A DNA stretch of 64,000 bases, from assembly GCA_965214705.1 (NCBI GenBank), contig CBDCCI010000002.1:32001-96000 (forward strand), written 5' to 3'. Below are positions 31,414-40,359 of the stretch, piece by piece. The position numbers and the translations under genes are program-made. The first letter of the stretch is position 1. Every line of letters begins with the position of its first letter. Source of the DNA: Alphaproteobacteria bacterium. Lineage in GTDB: Bacteria; Pseudomonadota; Alphaproteobacteria; UBA828. The notes under the pieces were generated by a model. That model ran no database searches. It was not told the origin of the DNA and was given only the letters and a program-made list of their open reading frames with translations.

Positions 31414-31689
31414 TTGATTACCCACCCGTTTCATCCGCTCAGCGGCCGAACGATTCGGGTTTACGACCGCGTGAGCGGGAGCAGAAGAGCGATCGTTCGC
31501 TACTTCGTGGACCGCCCGCCGGGCGCGGTCCTTGCCAGTATCCCGATTTCCTGGACGTCGCTGCGGCGCGTCGACGACTTCGAGCGCGTTGCGTCGGGCC
31601 GCAGTCTGTTCCGCGCGGACGACCTGGTTGAGCTTGGCGAGGTCGTGGACTCGATGCTTTCGCCGGCCACGAAGCGTGATCAGAAATAA
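31414..31689 (+). CDS. DUF5372 / Y4bD-like protein (5' end supplied by attP)
   Basis: ITHPFHPLSG motif and SIPISWTS; frame open back to the att junction. Confidence 0.7.
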   Translation: MITHPFHPLSGRTIRVYDRVSGSRRAIVRYFVDRPPGAVLASIPISWTSLRRVDDFERVASGRSLFRADDLVELGEVVDSMLSPATKRDQK

Positions 31690-31862
31690 TGGCGCTATGT
31701 GATCAGAAACTAGGGCGCTCAGGCGCGGCGGTGTCCGGCATGGAATGCCGGATAATAGCTGGAATACTGCCATATAGAGCGAGATTGTCGCGGTTGGGTG
31801 TTGACGTGGTGGCGAATGATGGCGTATTATTTATTGAAACAGTTTCGGAGGGCCGCACCGCC

Positions 31863-32342
31863 ATGGCAGACCGTCGCGACGACACCGAAAAACAGGACCG
31901 GCTCAGGGAGGCCGGAACCCTCAACCGGACGCCGGAAAAGATCAGCGATCCGATGTTCGTCGCCGGCGACTTCTTCGATGCCCGCGACCTGCTCCAGGTC
32001 CGCTACGAGATGGTCCGGGTGGTCCGGCTGGGCGAGGCCACGCTTGCGCAGGCGGCGGCGCGGTTCGGAGTCTCGCGGCCGACCTGCTTCCGCATGGTCA
32101 AGGCGTTCGACGGGGGCGGGCTGCAGGAGCTCGTCCCGGCGCGGCGCGGGCCGCGGGGGCCGCACAAGATCAGCCCGGAGATACTGCGCTTCGTCGAGAA
32201 CTACAGGGCCCGGCACGGCCGGGTAGGCGCGCGCCGGCTGGCGCCGCTGATCGAGGCCGAGTTCGGCGTGAGGGTCCATCCGCGCGGCCTCGAGAAGGCG
32301 CTCGAGAGGGTTCAAAAAAAACTGCTGGAAGCTGGGCCGTGA
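31863..32342 (+). CDS. Helix-turn-helix protein of the recombinase element
   Basis: FFDARDLLQVRYEMVR, FGVSRPT, RGPRGPHK; GGAGG RBS. Confidence 0.8.
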   Translation: MADRRDDTEKQDRLREAGTLNRTPEKISDPMFVAGDFFDARDLLQVRYEMVRVVRLGEATLAQAAARFGVSRPTCFRMVKAFDGGGLQELVPARRGPRGPHKISPEILRFVENYRARHGRVGARRLAPLIEAEFGVRVHPRGLEKALERVQKKLLEAGP

Positions 32343-32644
32343 TGCGCGACGACGCCTGGAAGACCTACGAGAGTTGGCGGCGGCACTGGCTGTCGGGCGG
32401 GGACAGCAACGCGATCGCCGCGCTGCGCTTCCACGGTCTGCGCGGCGCCCTGGCCGTGACCGGGGCGGCGTGCGGGCGCAGCCGCCCGCACCTGCCGTCG
32501 CCTTCGGCCGTCAACGTGGAGTTGCCCATCGCCAATGCGGCGATCGCCGAGGTCGCCAGCCAGGTCCGGCGCCTGCTGCGCGTGCCGTCGCCTCCGGGGC
32601 TCGCCAGGACCGCGTGGGAACAGGAGGAGAATCGTCATGTCTGA
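32339..32644 (+). CDS. Hypothetical protein of the recombinase element
   Basis: Overlaps the neighbouring stop/start codons on both sides (operon coupling). Confidence 0.6.
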   Translation: MMRDDAWKTYESWRRHWLSGGDSNAIAALRFHGLRGALAVTGAACGRSRPHLPSPSAVNVELPIANAAIAEVASQVRRLLRVPSPPGLARTAWEQEENRHV

Positions 32645-34247
32645 GGCGCAAACCCGCAAGATCGCGCCGCATCATCTGGAGCGCGAGGCCTGCCTCTACG
32701 TGCGGCAGTCCTCGCTTCGCCAGGTCATGCGAAACACCGAGAGCACGCGGCGCCAGTACGGGCTGAGGCAGAGGGCGACGGCGCTCGGCTGGCCGATGGA
32801 ACGGATCCGGGTGATCGACGAGGACCAGGGCAAGTCGGGAGCCTACAGCGAAAACCGCAGCGGCTTCCGCGACCTGATGGGAAGCATCGCCGCCGGCGAG
32901 GTGGGCATCGTTCTCGGCCTGGAGGTCTCGCGCCTGGCGCGGGACAACGCCGACTGGCACCAGCTGCTGCGGATCGCCGGCATCACCAACACCCTGATCC
33001 TCGACGAGACCGGCATCTACGATCCCAACGACAGCAACGATAGGCTCCTTCTCGGCATGAAAGGAACGATGTCCGAGTTCGAGCTTCAGGGGATCAAGGC
33101 GCGGCTGCTCGGCGGCCAGCGCAACGCCGCCGCGCGCGGCGCGCTGAAGATCCGGCTGCCGACCGGCCTGGCCTACAACGGCAAGGACGAGGTTGTGTTC
33201 GACCCCGACCAGTCCGTCGTCGATGCGATCAGCCTCGTGTTCGACAGCTTCCGCCGGATGGGGTCGGCGAAGGCGGTGGCGACATGGATGCAGCGCGAGA
33301 ATATCGCGCTGCCGTCACGGCCGCGAAGCGGGCCGGTCTACGGCGAGCTGCGCTGGGCGCCACCGCGTGTGCCCCAAATCGCCCGCATCCTGAGAAATCC
33401 GCGCTACGCCGGCGCCTACGTGTATGGTCAGACGCATGTCGAGCGGCAGGCGGACGGGACCGGAAGATTGCGTGTCGTGCCGATGGAGAACTGGCTCGTC
33501 TGCATCCAGGACGCCCATGTGGGCTTCATCGATTGGGACGAGTATCTTCGCAATCGAGCCACGCTGAGAGGCAATGCAGCCTCCTTCCTGGAATCGCCCG
33601 CGCGCACGGCGGGACCCCGCGAGGGGGCGGCGCTGTTGCAGTCGCGGGTGATCTGCGGCCACTGCGGCCGGCGCATGACCATGCAGTACAACAACGCTCT
33701 TCCGCACCGCAACCGGCCGGCGCGCTACATCTACATCTGCAACACAGAGGCTAACCATTACGGACGGAAGACCTGCCAGAGCATGCGCGGCGATCTCGTC
33801 GACGCCGAGATATCGCGCTTCGTGATCGACGCGTTGAACCGCGAAAACATCGATGTTGCCCTGGCGGTACAACAGCAGGTCGATGTGGAGTTCGCCGAGG
33901 CCGATGCGCAGCGCGCCAGGCGCATCGAGGGTATCCGCTACGAGGCCGACCTGGCGCGGCGCAGGTTCTTCGAGGTCGACCCCGCCAACCGGCTGGTGGC
34001 GGCGTCGCTCGAAGCCGATTGGAACGAGCGCCTGCGCGAGCTGGACGAGGCCTGCGCGGAACGCGAGGCCCGCGCCGCGGCGCGGGATACCGAGCTCTCC
34101 GAGCGGCAGGTCGAGCGCATCCGGGAACTGGCGCGCGACTTCGAGCAGGTATGGAACGTAAGCGGTATCGGGCCCCCATACTTCCAGCGGATCTGATTTC
34201 GGGGCTGACTCTCCGCCTTGACCACGAGCCACACAGGAGAGATCGCG

Positions 34248-34673
34248 ATGACAGATTCGATTTTGGCATCTGGCGACGGTGTCGCTGTTGCTTCGGTTGA
34301 GATCCCAGCTTCTGAGGGAGCCGCCCCGGCTCCGTCTGAGCCGGCCCCCATGCGACGCTGGCCGGACGATGAGAAGGCGCGGATTGTCTCGGAGAGCTTT
34401 GAGCCGGGCTCTTCGGTTGCGGCGGTCGCGCGCCGCCATGGCGTCAGCGATACGACCCTGACCAAGTGGCGGCGGCGCGCGCGGGAGGGAACTCTTCCGG
34501 GCGCTCGGATTGGTGGCTCTGCACCGCCATTTGTTCCCGTGGTGGTTGATAGCGTGACGTCCGAGCGGACGGTGGCGATCGAGGCGCTAGGCGTGGTCGT
34601 TCGCCTTCCGGTGGAGAGCGCGGTCGATCGGATTGTTGCGGTGGCCTCGGGCCTGGGCCGGGCGTCGTCATGA
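34248..34673 (+). CDS. tnpA: IS66 TnpA
   Basis: Identical translation to copy 1. Confidence 0.88.
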   Translation: MTDSILASGDGVAVASVEIPASEGAAPAPSEPAPMRRWPDDEKARIVSESFEPGSSVAAVARRHGVSDTTLTKWRRRAREGTLPGARIGGSAPPFVPVVVDSVTSERTVAIEALGVVVRLPVESAVDRIVAVASGLGRASS

Positions 34674-35020
34674 TCGCGGCCCCCTCGCTTCGCATCGTGT
34701 TGGCGACGCGGCCGGTTGATTTTCGTCGCGGCCACGACGCGCTTGCGGCGACGGCGGCGGGGGAGCTGGACCTCGATATCTATTCCGGGGTGATCGTGAT
34801 CTTCCGCTCGCGCCGCGGCGACAGGCTCAAGCTCCTTGCGTGGGACGGCAGCGGTCTGGTGATGACCTACAAGCGTCTGGAGCAGGGCCGCTTCGCCTGG
34901 CCTCGGATCGAGGATGGTGTGATGCGCCTTACGAAGGGCCAGTTCGAGGCCCTCTTCGAGGGTCTGGACTGGCGCCGGGTGAAGGCCCGCCCGGTTCGCC
35001 GCCCGCTGGCGGCGGAGTGA
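34670..35020 (+). CDS. tnpB: IS66 TnpB
   Basis: Identical translation to copy 1. Confidence 0.92.
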   Translation: MIAAPSLRIVLATRPVDFRRGHDALAATAAGELDLDIYSGVIVIFRSRRGDRLKLLAWDGSGLVMTYKRLEQGRFAWPRIEDGVMRLTKGQFEALFEGLDWRRVKARPVRRPLAAE

Positions 35021-35113
35021 GGCGGCACGCAGGCGGGGCCGCAGATTTCGGTCGCGGTCCCGCCTGCACTTTTCCCTGGTCATGCATTGGCGAATCGGAT
35101 TAAGGGGTGGCCC

Positions 35114-36829
35114 ATGCCGAAGGTCACGCCCTCACCCCTCAGCAGCGCCGGTTCGCCGTCGCCTGCGGTGGTTTCGGCGGCGCTGGCGGCCCTGCATGCG
35201 GAGCTTGACGACGAGCGCGCGGCGCGCCGGGCGACGGAAGCAGCCCTATGCGAAGCGGAGCAGGCACGCGGCGCGGCGGAGGCGGCGAGGCAGACGGCGG
35301 AAGCGCGGGCGGCACGGCTGGAGGCCGAGAACGCGCAGAGCGCGGAGCAGATCAGCCGGCTTGAGCATCTCAACAAGGAGCTCAGGAAGGCGCTGTTCGG
35401 TCCGCGCTCCGAGAAGCTCGGCGAGGACGAGCGCCAGCTTACGTTCGAGGAGTTTTGGGCGGCGATCGCTGAAGCCGGCGGTCGGCCCGAGGCAGATGAC
35501 CAGGAGCAGGACGAGGGGGCTGGCGGCAAGCGCCGGCGGCGCTCTTCCCGGGGGTCGCGCAGCGGGGTGCGCTTCGGGCCCCAGGTCGACCGGCGCGAGG
35601 AGGTGATCGAGCCGGACACGATCATGTGCCCCTGCGGCTGCGGCGAGATGACGAAGATCGGCGAGGACCGCAGCGAGCGGCTGGACTATGAGCCGGCGAA
35701 GTTCACCGTCATCGAGACCGTGCGCCCCCGCTACGCCTGCAACAAGTGCAAGGGGGGCGGGGTGGTGCAGTCGCCGGCGCCGGCCGCTCTGGTCGAGGGC
35801 GGCCTTCCCACCGAGGCTCTTCTGGCGCAGGTGCTGATCGCGAAGTACGGCGATCATTGCCCGCTCTATCGCCAGTCGCAGATCTACGAGCGCTCGGGGA
35901 TCGAGGTTCACCGTGCGACGCTGGCGACGTGGGTGGGCCAGGCGTCGTTTCACCTGCGCCCCGTGGTCGCTTGCCTGGAGGATGAGCTGAAGAAGTCGGA
36001 TCACCTGGGTCTGGACGAGACCACGATCCGCGTTCTCGACCCGGGCCGGGGCAAGACGAAGACGGGCTACATGTGGACCCTTGTGCGTGACGAGCGCCAC
36101 TGGAGCGGCACGGACCCGCCGGGCGTCGTCTATCGCTATGCGCCCGGCCGCGGCGGCAAGTATGGCGCCGAGCTTATGGAGGGCTTTTCGGGGACGGTGC
36201 AGCTCGACGGCTACTCGGGCCACAACATCCTGGCGCGGCCGGACCGGGCGGAAGGCCCTGTGACGCGGGCCCTCTGTTGGGCGCATGTAAGACGGAAGCT
36301 GAAAGAGGTATACGACTCGAGCGCATCGCCGATCGCGCTGGCCGGTCTGAATCGGATCGCGAAGCTCTATGCGATCGAGAAGAAGATCCGGGGCAAGCCG
36401 CCGGCGGAGCGCCGCGCGATCCGTTGGGAGGAGTCGGCGCCGATCGTGAACACCTTCGGTGTCTGGCTCGACGAGCAGCGCTCGCGCGTCTCACCGCGCT
36501 CGCGTCTCGGCGAGAAGCTGACCTATATCGCCAACCAGTGGGACGGGCTGCTGGAGTTCCTGCACGACGGTCGTGTCGAGATCGACTCGAACCTGGTGGA
36601 AAACCGAATCCGGCCGCTGAAGCTCACCGCCAAGAACGCGCTCTTCGCCGGCAACGACGAGGGTGCGCAAGCCTGGGCCCGCATCGCCTCGCTGATCGAG
36701 ACCTGCAAGATGAACGGCGTCGAGCCCTACGCCTGGATGCGGAGCACGCTCGAGAAGATCGCCAAGGGCCACCCGCAGTCGGGCATCCAGGAGCTTCTGC
36801 CGTGGAACTTCCAGCCCGAGGCAAAATGA
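35114..36829 (+). CDS. tnpC: IS66 transposase TnpC
   Basis: Identical translation to copy 1. Confidence 0.93.
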   Translation: MPKVTPSPLSSAGSPSPAVVSAALAALHAELDDERAARRATEAALCEAEQARGAAEAARQTAEARAARLEAENAQSAEQISRLEHLNKELRKALFGPRSEKLGEDERQLTFEEFWAAIAEAGGRPEADDQEQDEGAGGKRRRRSSRGSRSGVRFGPQVDRREEVIEPDTIMCPCGCGEMTKIGEDRSERLDYEPAKFTVIETVRPRYACNKCKGGGVVQSPAPAALVEGGLPTEALLAQVLIAKYGDHCPLYRQSQIYERSGIEVHRATLATWVGQASFHLRPVVACLEDELKKSDHLGLDETTIRVLDPGRGKTKTGYMWTLVRDERHWSGTDPPGVVYRYAPGRGGKYGAELMEGFSGTVQLDGYSGHNILARPDRAEGPVTRALCWAHVRRKLKEVYDSSASPIALAGLNRIAKLYAIEKKIRGKPPAERRAIRWEESAPIVNTFGVWLDEQRSRVSPRSRLGEKLTYIANQWDGLLEFLHDGRVEIDSNLVENRIRPLKLTAKNALFAGNDEGAQAWARIASLIETCKMNGVEPYAWMRSTLEKIAKGHPQSGIQELLPWNFQPEAK

Positions 36830-37624
36830 CTCGCGCGCTCACGGCGCTCCTCAAGAAATCCCCGTCGTAGTCAAGCCAGATTCCGGTATGGGGTCTGCGT
36901 ACCGCTTACTATGGAACGCCGCCGAGACCGGAAACGCGGACCGCAAGCGGCTGCTCGGGCTTCTGATCGAGGATGCGACGCTGACCCGGGACGGCTCCGA
37001 GGTGACGATCGGCCTGCGCATGCGCGGAGGACGCTCCCTGACGCTGGAGCCGCTTCAACTGCCAAGACCGATGGCGGAGATCCGCAAGACACCTCCGGAG
37101 ACCGTCGCCGCGGTCGACCGGCTCCTGGAAGATCATGGCGACCACGGCACCGCACGGGAGCTGAACACGATGGGGCGCCGAAACTGGAAGGGCGAGCTCT
37201 ACTCGGCCTCGCACGTGGGCAGGATACGGCGGGCTTACGGCTTGCCCAATTACCTCGAGCGCAAGAAGAAACGGCTTCGCGACCAGGGCTTCTCGACCGC
37301 AGCGGAAGTAGCCGCTCAAATCGGCTTCAACGAGAGGGTCGTCCGGTTGATGGGAAGAACGGCAGCGGACACGAGGGTGGAGCGGGTCATCGTTCCGACC
37401 GAAGGCCGGCGGCGGTTCTGCATGTACAGAGCCAACTGCGCCGGCGAAACGGCGCCGTTGCCGGAACCCGCGTCGTGAGAGTGACAATGCCCCCAGGGAA
37501 CGAAACCGTCGCGGCGGCCAGTCGGCCCGGGCGGCGGTGGAGACTCGAAGCCCTCACCAAAAAAGGGGCCAGCGCCGAAGCGCCGGCCCCCGAGTTGGGA
37601 GGGAGGAACGAAGGGAAGCGGTCG

Positions 37625-38071
37625 CTAGAAGGGGATCGGATCCGCCGTATCCGCGGACGTGGCCGAACCGTTGGGGGCCTCGGCGGTGGCGGTCGCGCCG
37701 TTGCCGTTGGCCCCGTTCGGCTTGTCGAGGAACTGGACGCGGCCACCGGGCACGAGCAGGATCTCGGTGGAGAACCGGTCCGAGTCCTCGCCGTCCTTGC
37801 GGAAGCGGCGGGTCTGCATCTTGCCCGCGACGTAGACCAGCCGGCCCTTCTTCGCGTGCTTCTCCAGCATGTCGATCAGGCCGTCCTGGAACGTCACGCA
37901 GCGGTGCCACTCGGTCTTGTCGACCCGGTCGCCGCTGCCGTTCCGGTCGATGTAGCTCTCGTCGGTCGCCACGCTCATGTTGGCCACGCGGCCCCCGGAG
38001 GCGAGATGGTTGACGGTGACGTCGGCGCCGAGGCGGCCAATGACTTCCGCGCGGTTGAGTCCGAAGCTCAT
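37625..38071 (-). CDS. ssb: Single-stranded DNA-binding protein, intact cargo copy (148 aa)
   Basis: LNRAEVIGRLGAD, SVATDESY, TEWHR, KGRLVYVAGKMQTR, C-terminal DPIPF; AAGGAG RBS. Confidence 0.93.
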   Translation of the reverse strand: MSFGLNRAEVIGRLGADVTVNHLASGGRVANMSVATDESYIDRNGSGDRVDKTEWHRCVTFQDGLIDMLEKHAKKGRLVYVAGKMQTRRFRKDGEDSDRFSTEILLVPGGRVQFLDKPNGANGNGATATAEAPNGSATSADTADPIPF

Positions 38072-38694
38072 GGTCTTCTCCTTGAGTTCTGGTTGATGAC
38101 GATGGAATGCGAACGGCCGGGACGACTCTCTTCGCCCCCTTCTCCGTTCACCCTTCCCGCGCTTCACTCCAACTCCGGTCTGACGCCAGACCCGGTATCG
38201 GAGGAAATGGAACAATGTGGTGTGAGTTCGGCTGCACCATATGAAGTGCAACGGGACGGAAGGATCACCAGATCTGGCGGATCAACCTCACAGTCCCAAC
38301 AAGGTGCATCATGAAACACGAGACCGGTCGATATAGGATTCGTCGGTCGCCACCGACATATTGGCGACGCGCCCGCCGGAGGCGAGGTTGCTGATGGTCG
38401 CATCGGCGCCCAGCCGGCCGATGATCTGAGCGGAGTTGAGTCCGAACGCCATGATCGTGTCTCCTTGGGATTCGAGTTGATGACGAAGGTTGACGAGCGG
38501 GCTGGAGCCTCTCCTCGGCCCCGCCCTGCTCACCTTCTCCAAGCTCCCCTTCACTCTCGTCTGCCGCCGCTCCGAGGCCCGCCGGGTTCACGAGGCCTCG
38601 CGGACCGCACGGCCGGTGACTGCCGTGGCGCTGGTTCGGGATAGGGGACGTCAAGAGCGGTGTCACCTTCGGAAGGCCAGCGGCGGGTCCGCAC

Positions 38695-39507
38695 TCATGA
38701 GGGAGAAAGCGCCAGCAAGGGAACGTTGGAGAGGATCTCCACTTGCTCAGGGCGCAGGCGGGCGAAGGCGATGCAGGCGGCCGCTTCGGATTCGGTCTCG
38801 AAGACGCCCAGTTCCTCGCCCGTCTCCGAGTCGACCACGGTGATCTGCGGCGGCCAGAGCGCCGCCAGATGCCGCTCGGGCGCGCGGGAGTTGGAGCGAT
38901 ATGCGCAGCGCGGACAGCGCGCGGCGCCACCGGCACGGGCCGTGCAATCCACGCATTCGCCTCTTGCACGCCTCGCAACGTAGCGTTTCTTGGCGGTGGC
39001 ACTCTCGCGCTCGGGACAGACGCGCTCCTTCTCCAGCGCGAGGCACCGGCCGCAGCGCGACAGGCCCCCGACCGTGGGCTGCGTGCAGCGCACGCAGCGG
39101 CCGGCGGCGCGGCGCGCGTCATAGCGGCGGCGGTCGAGTGCGCGGCGTGCCTCGCGGCATGGCTCGCAGACAGAGCGGCTCTCCTCCGGCCGGCGGCGGC
39201 CGCAGGATGTACACAGCCCTGCCTCCTTCCACGCCCTCCGCCGCCGCCTGTCGCCGGCGCGGTCGGCGCGGCGGCACTGCTCCGGATTGCGGCCGCCGTA
39301 CGGCATCCCCTGCTGCCGGGCTCTGGCACGGCGGGCGCGGTCGGCGGCGCGGCGCTTCTCGGCACAGCCGGTGCACACTTTGCGACCGGGCTCGGGAGGA
39401 CGCTTGCCACATCTTGGGCAGAGCCCCTGCTCGGTGCGCTCGGCACGGAGCTGCTGCTGGCGGCTGAGATTGCAGGCCCCCTCGTGGACTGGCTTCTCCA
39501 GCGGCAT
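38695..39507 (-). CDS. Arg-rich protein with four tandem CxxC..CxxC modules
   Basis: GLCPRC..VCTGC, GLCTSC..VCEPC, GRCVRC..RCGRC, GECVDC..RCPRC. Confidence 0.75.
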   Translation of the reverse strand: MPLEKPVHEGACNLSRQQQLRAERTEQGLCPRCGKRPPEPGRKVCTGCAEKRRAADRARRARARQQGMPYGGRNPEQCRRADRAGDRRRRRAWKEAGLCTSCGRRRPEESRSVCEPCREARRALDRRRYDARRAAGRCVRCTQPTVGGLSRCGRCLALEKERVCPERESATAKKRYVARRARGECVDCTARAGGAARCPRCAYRSNSRAPERHLAALWPPQITVVDSETGEELGVFETESEAAACIAFARLRPEQVEILSNVPLLALSPS

Positions 39508-39517
39508 GACAGGCCAG

Positions 39518-39841
39518 TCAGCGCGTAGTGCGCACGAGACCCAGGCCCGCCGCAGCACAGCCCCAGATCTGCACTCCGGAGCGGGCCAGCTTGACCCCGG
39601 TGCAGATGATGATCTCGTCGCGTTCGGGTCGCATCTTCCTGACGGCAGCCAAGCTCGCGATCGTGCGCCGTTGCTTGCGTCGGCCCTTCGTTCCGGGCTG
39701 CTCCGGCTGGACGGGTTCGATCTGGCCGTCGGGACGGGAGCGGTATTTCTCGACCACATAACGATTGTCCTCGAGTCCTTGCCCGAACAGGTGGATCAGA
39801 AAGGTCTGCGCGTCGCGATGGAACATCCGGCCGGTCCGCAT
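39518..39841 (-). CDS. Hypothetical protein
   Basis: GGGGAG RBS, ends 10 nt before the Cys-rich gene. Confidence 0.4.
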   Translation of the reverse strand: MRTGRMFHRDAQTFLIHLFGQGLEDNRYVVEKYRSRPDGQIEPVQPEQPGTKGRRKQRRTIASLAAVRKMRPERDEIIICTGVKLARSGVQIWGCAAAGLGLVRTTR

Positions 39842-40045
39842 GGCGCTGTCTCCCCCGGTGGTGGCTGCCGACGGCGGGGACACGCTCCGCAGCGCCGCCC
39901 CCGCCGCCCGCGTCACGGCCGACCTCTCGCTCCTGGCGGCGCTCGGCGCGGGCGCGATGAGGGACGGCTGTCGTTGATTGTCCAGACCCGCTCACCCGCG
40001 CGCACTTGCTCTGATTCAGGCGCTTGATCCCGGTTGCGGTGCAGC

Positions 40046-40137
40046 TGTTGATCGGCGCGTAAATTGGACGCTGATCGGCGCGCTAACTCATTGATTTTGC
40101 GTGACCCGGTGGGGTCAAAATTCGGCGCCGAACAACA
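40046..40137. mobile_element. IS21-type miniature element (92 bp)
   Basis: TGTTGATCGGCGCGTAAATTGGAC ... GTCAAAATTCGGCGCCGAACAACA inverted ends, internal TGATCGGCGCG repeat. Confidence 0.6.
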
Positions 40138-40359
40138 ACCGAGGGACATACCGATTTTGCCCGTCTCCAAGAGGGAATGCCCCTCCTCAGGGAGGGTTTC
40201 ACGGTGCGATGGGGCGCGTAGTATTGGTGACGCCGCCGATGGCGGGGCTTCGTTTTCTTGTGCCAGCGCTGGAGGATCAGTTGTCGTGCAGGGCGGACGG
40301 ACGAAGGCATCGCGGTGGCAACGCCGGCGCCTGAAACCGGCGACGGAACCGCGACCAAC

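Larger units (their letters stand above)
34158..36909 (+). mobile_element. IS66-family IS, copy 2 (2752 bp)
   Basis: Same ends and ORF translations as copy 1; 8-bp TSD TATGGAAC. Confidence 0.95.
32637..37478 (+). pseudogene. Large serine recombinase, interrupted by IS66 (693 aa when rejoined)
   Basis: LYVRQSS catalytic Ser, DQGKSG, SRLARD, LRNPRYAG, CGHCG Zn ribbon, coiled coil; resumes after the TSD with AAETGNADRKRLL. Confidence 0.9.
31356..38327 (+). mobile_element. Large serine recombinase integrative element (y4bA-D-like), ~4.2 kb native, carrying ssb
   Basis: Shared CGG at both junctions (31356-31358, 38325-38327); reconstructed attP TGCATCATGAAAC-N7-CG-N7-GTTTCCAAATGCA is symmetric. 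Confidence 0.85.
31040..38452 (-). pseudogene. ssb: Host single-stranded DNA-binding protein gene, split by a serine-recombinase element
   Basis: N-part 38325-38452 (MAFGLN...DESYIDR) and C-part 31040-31355 (QSGERKDRTEWH...HIPF) rejoin in frame to 147 aa. Confidence 0.9.

Noticed and set aside
36911-38314. 467-aa plus-strand ORF
   Set aside because: Shadow frame over the recombinase tail and antisense ssb; low-complexity Arg/Gly composition.
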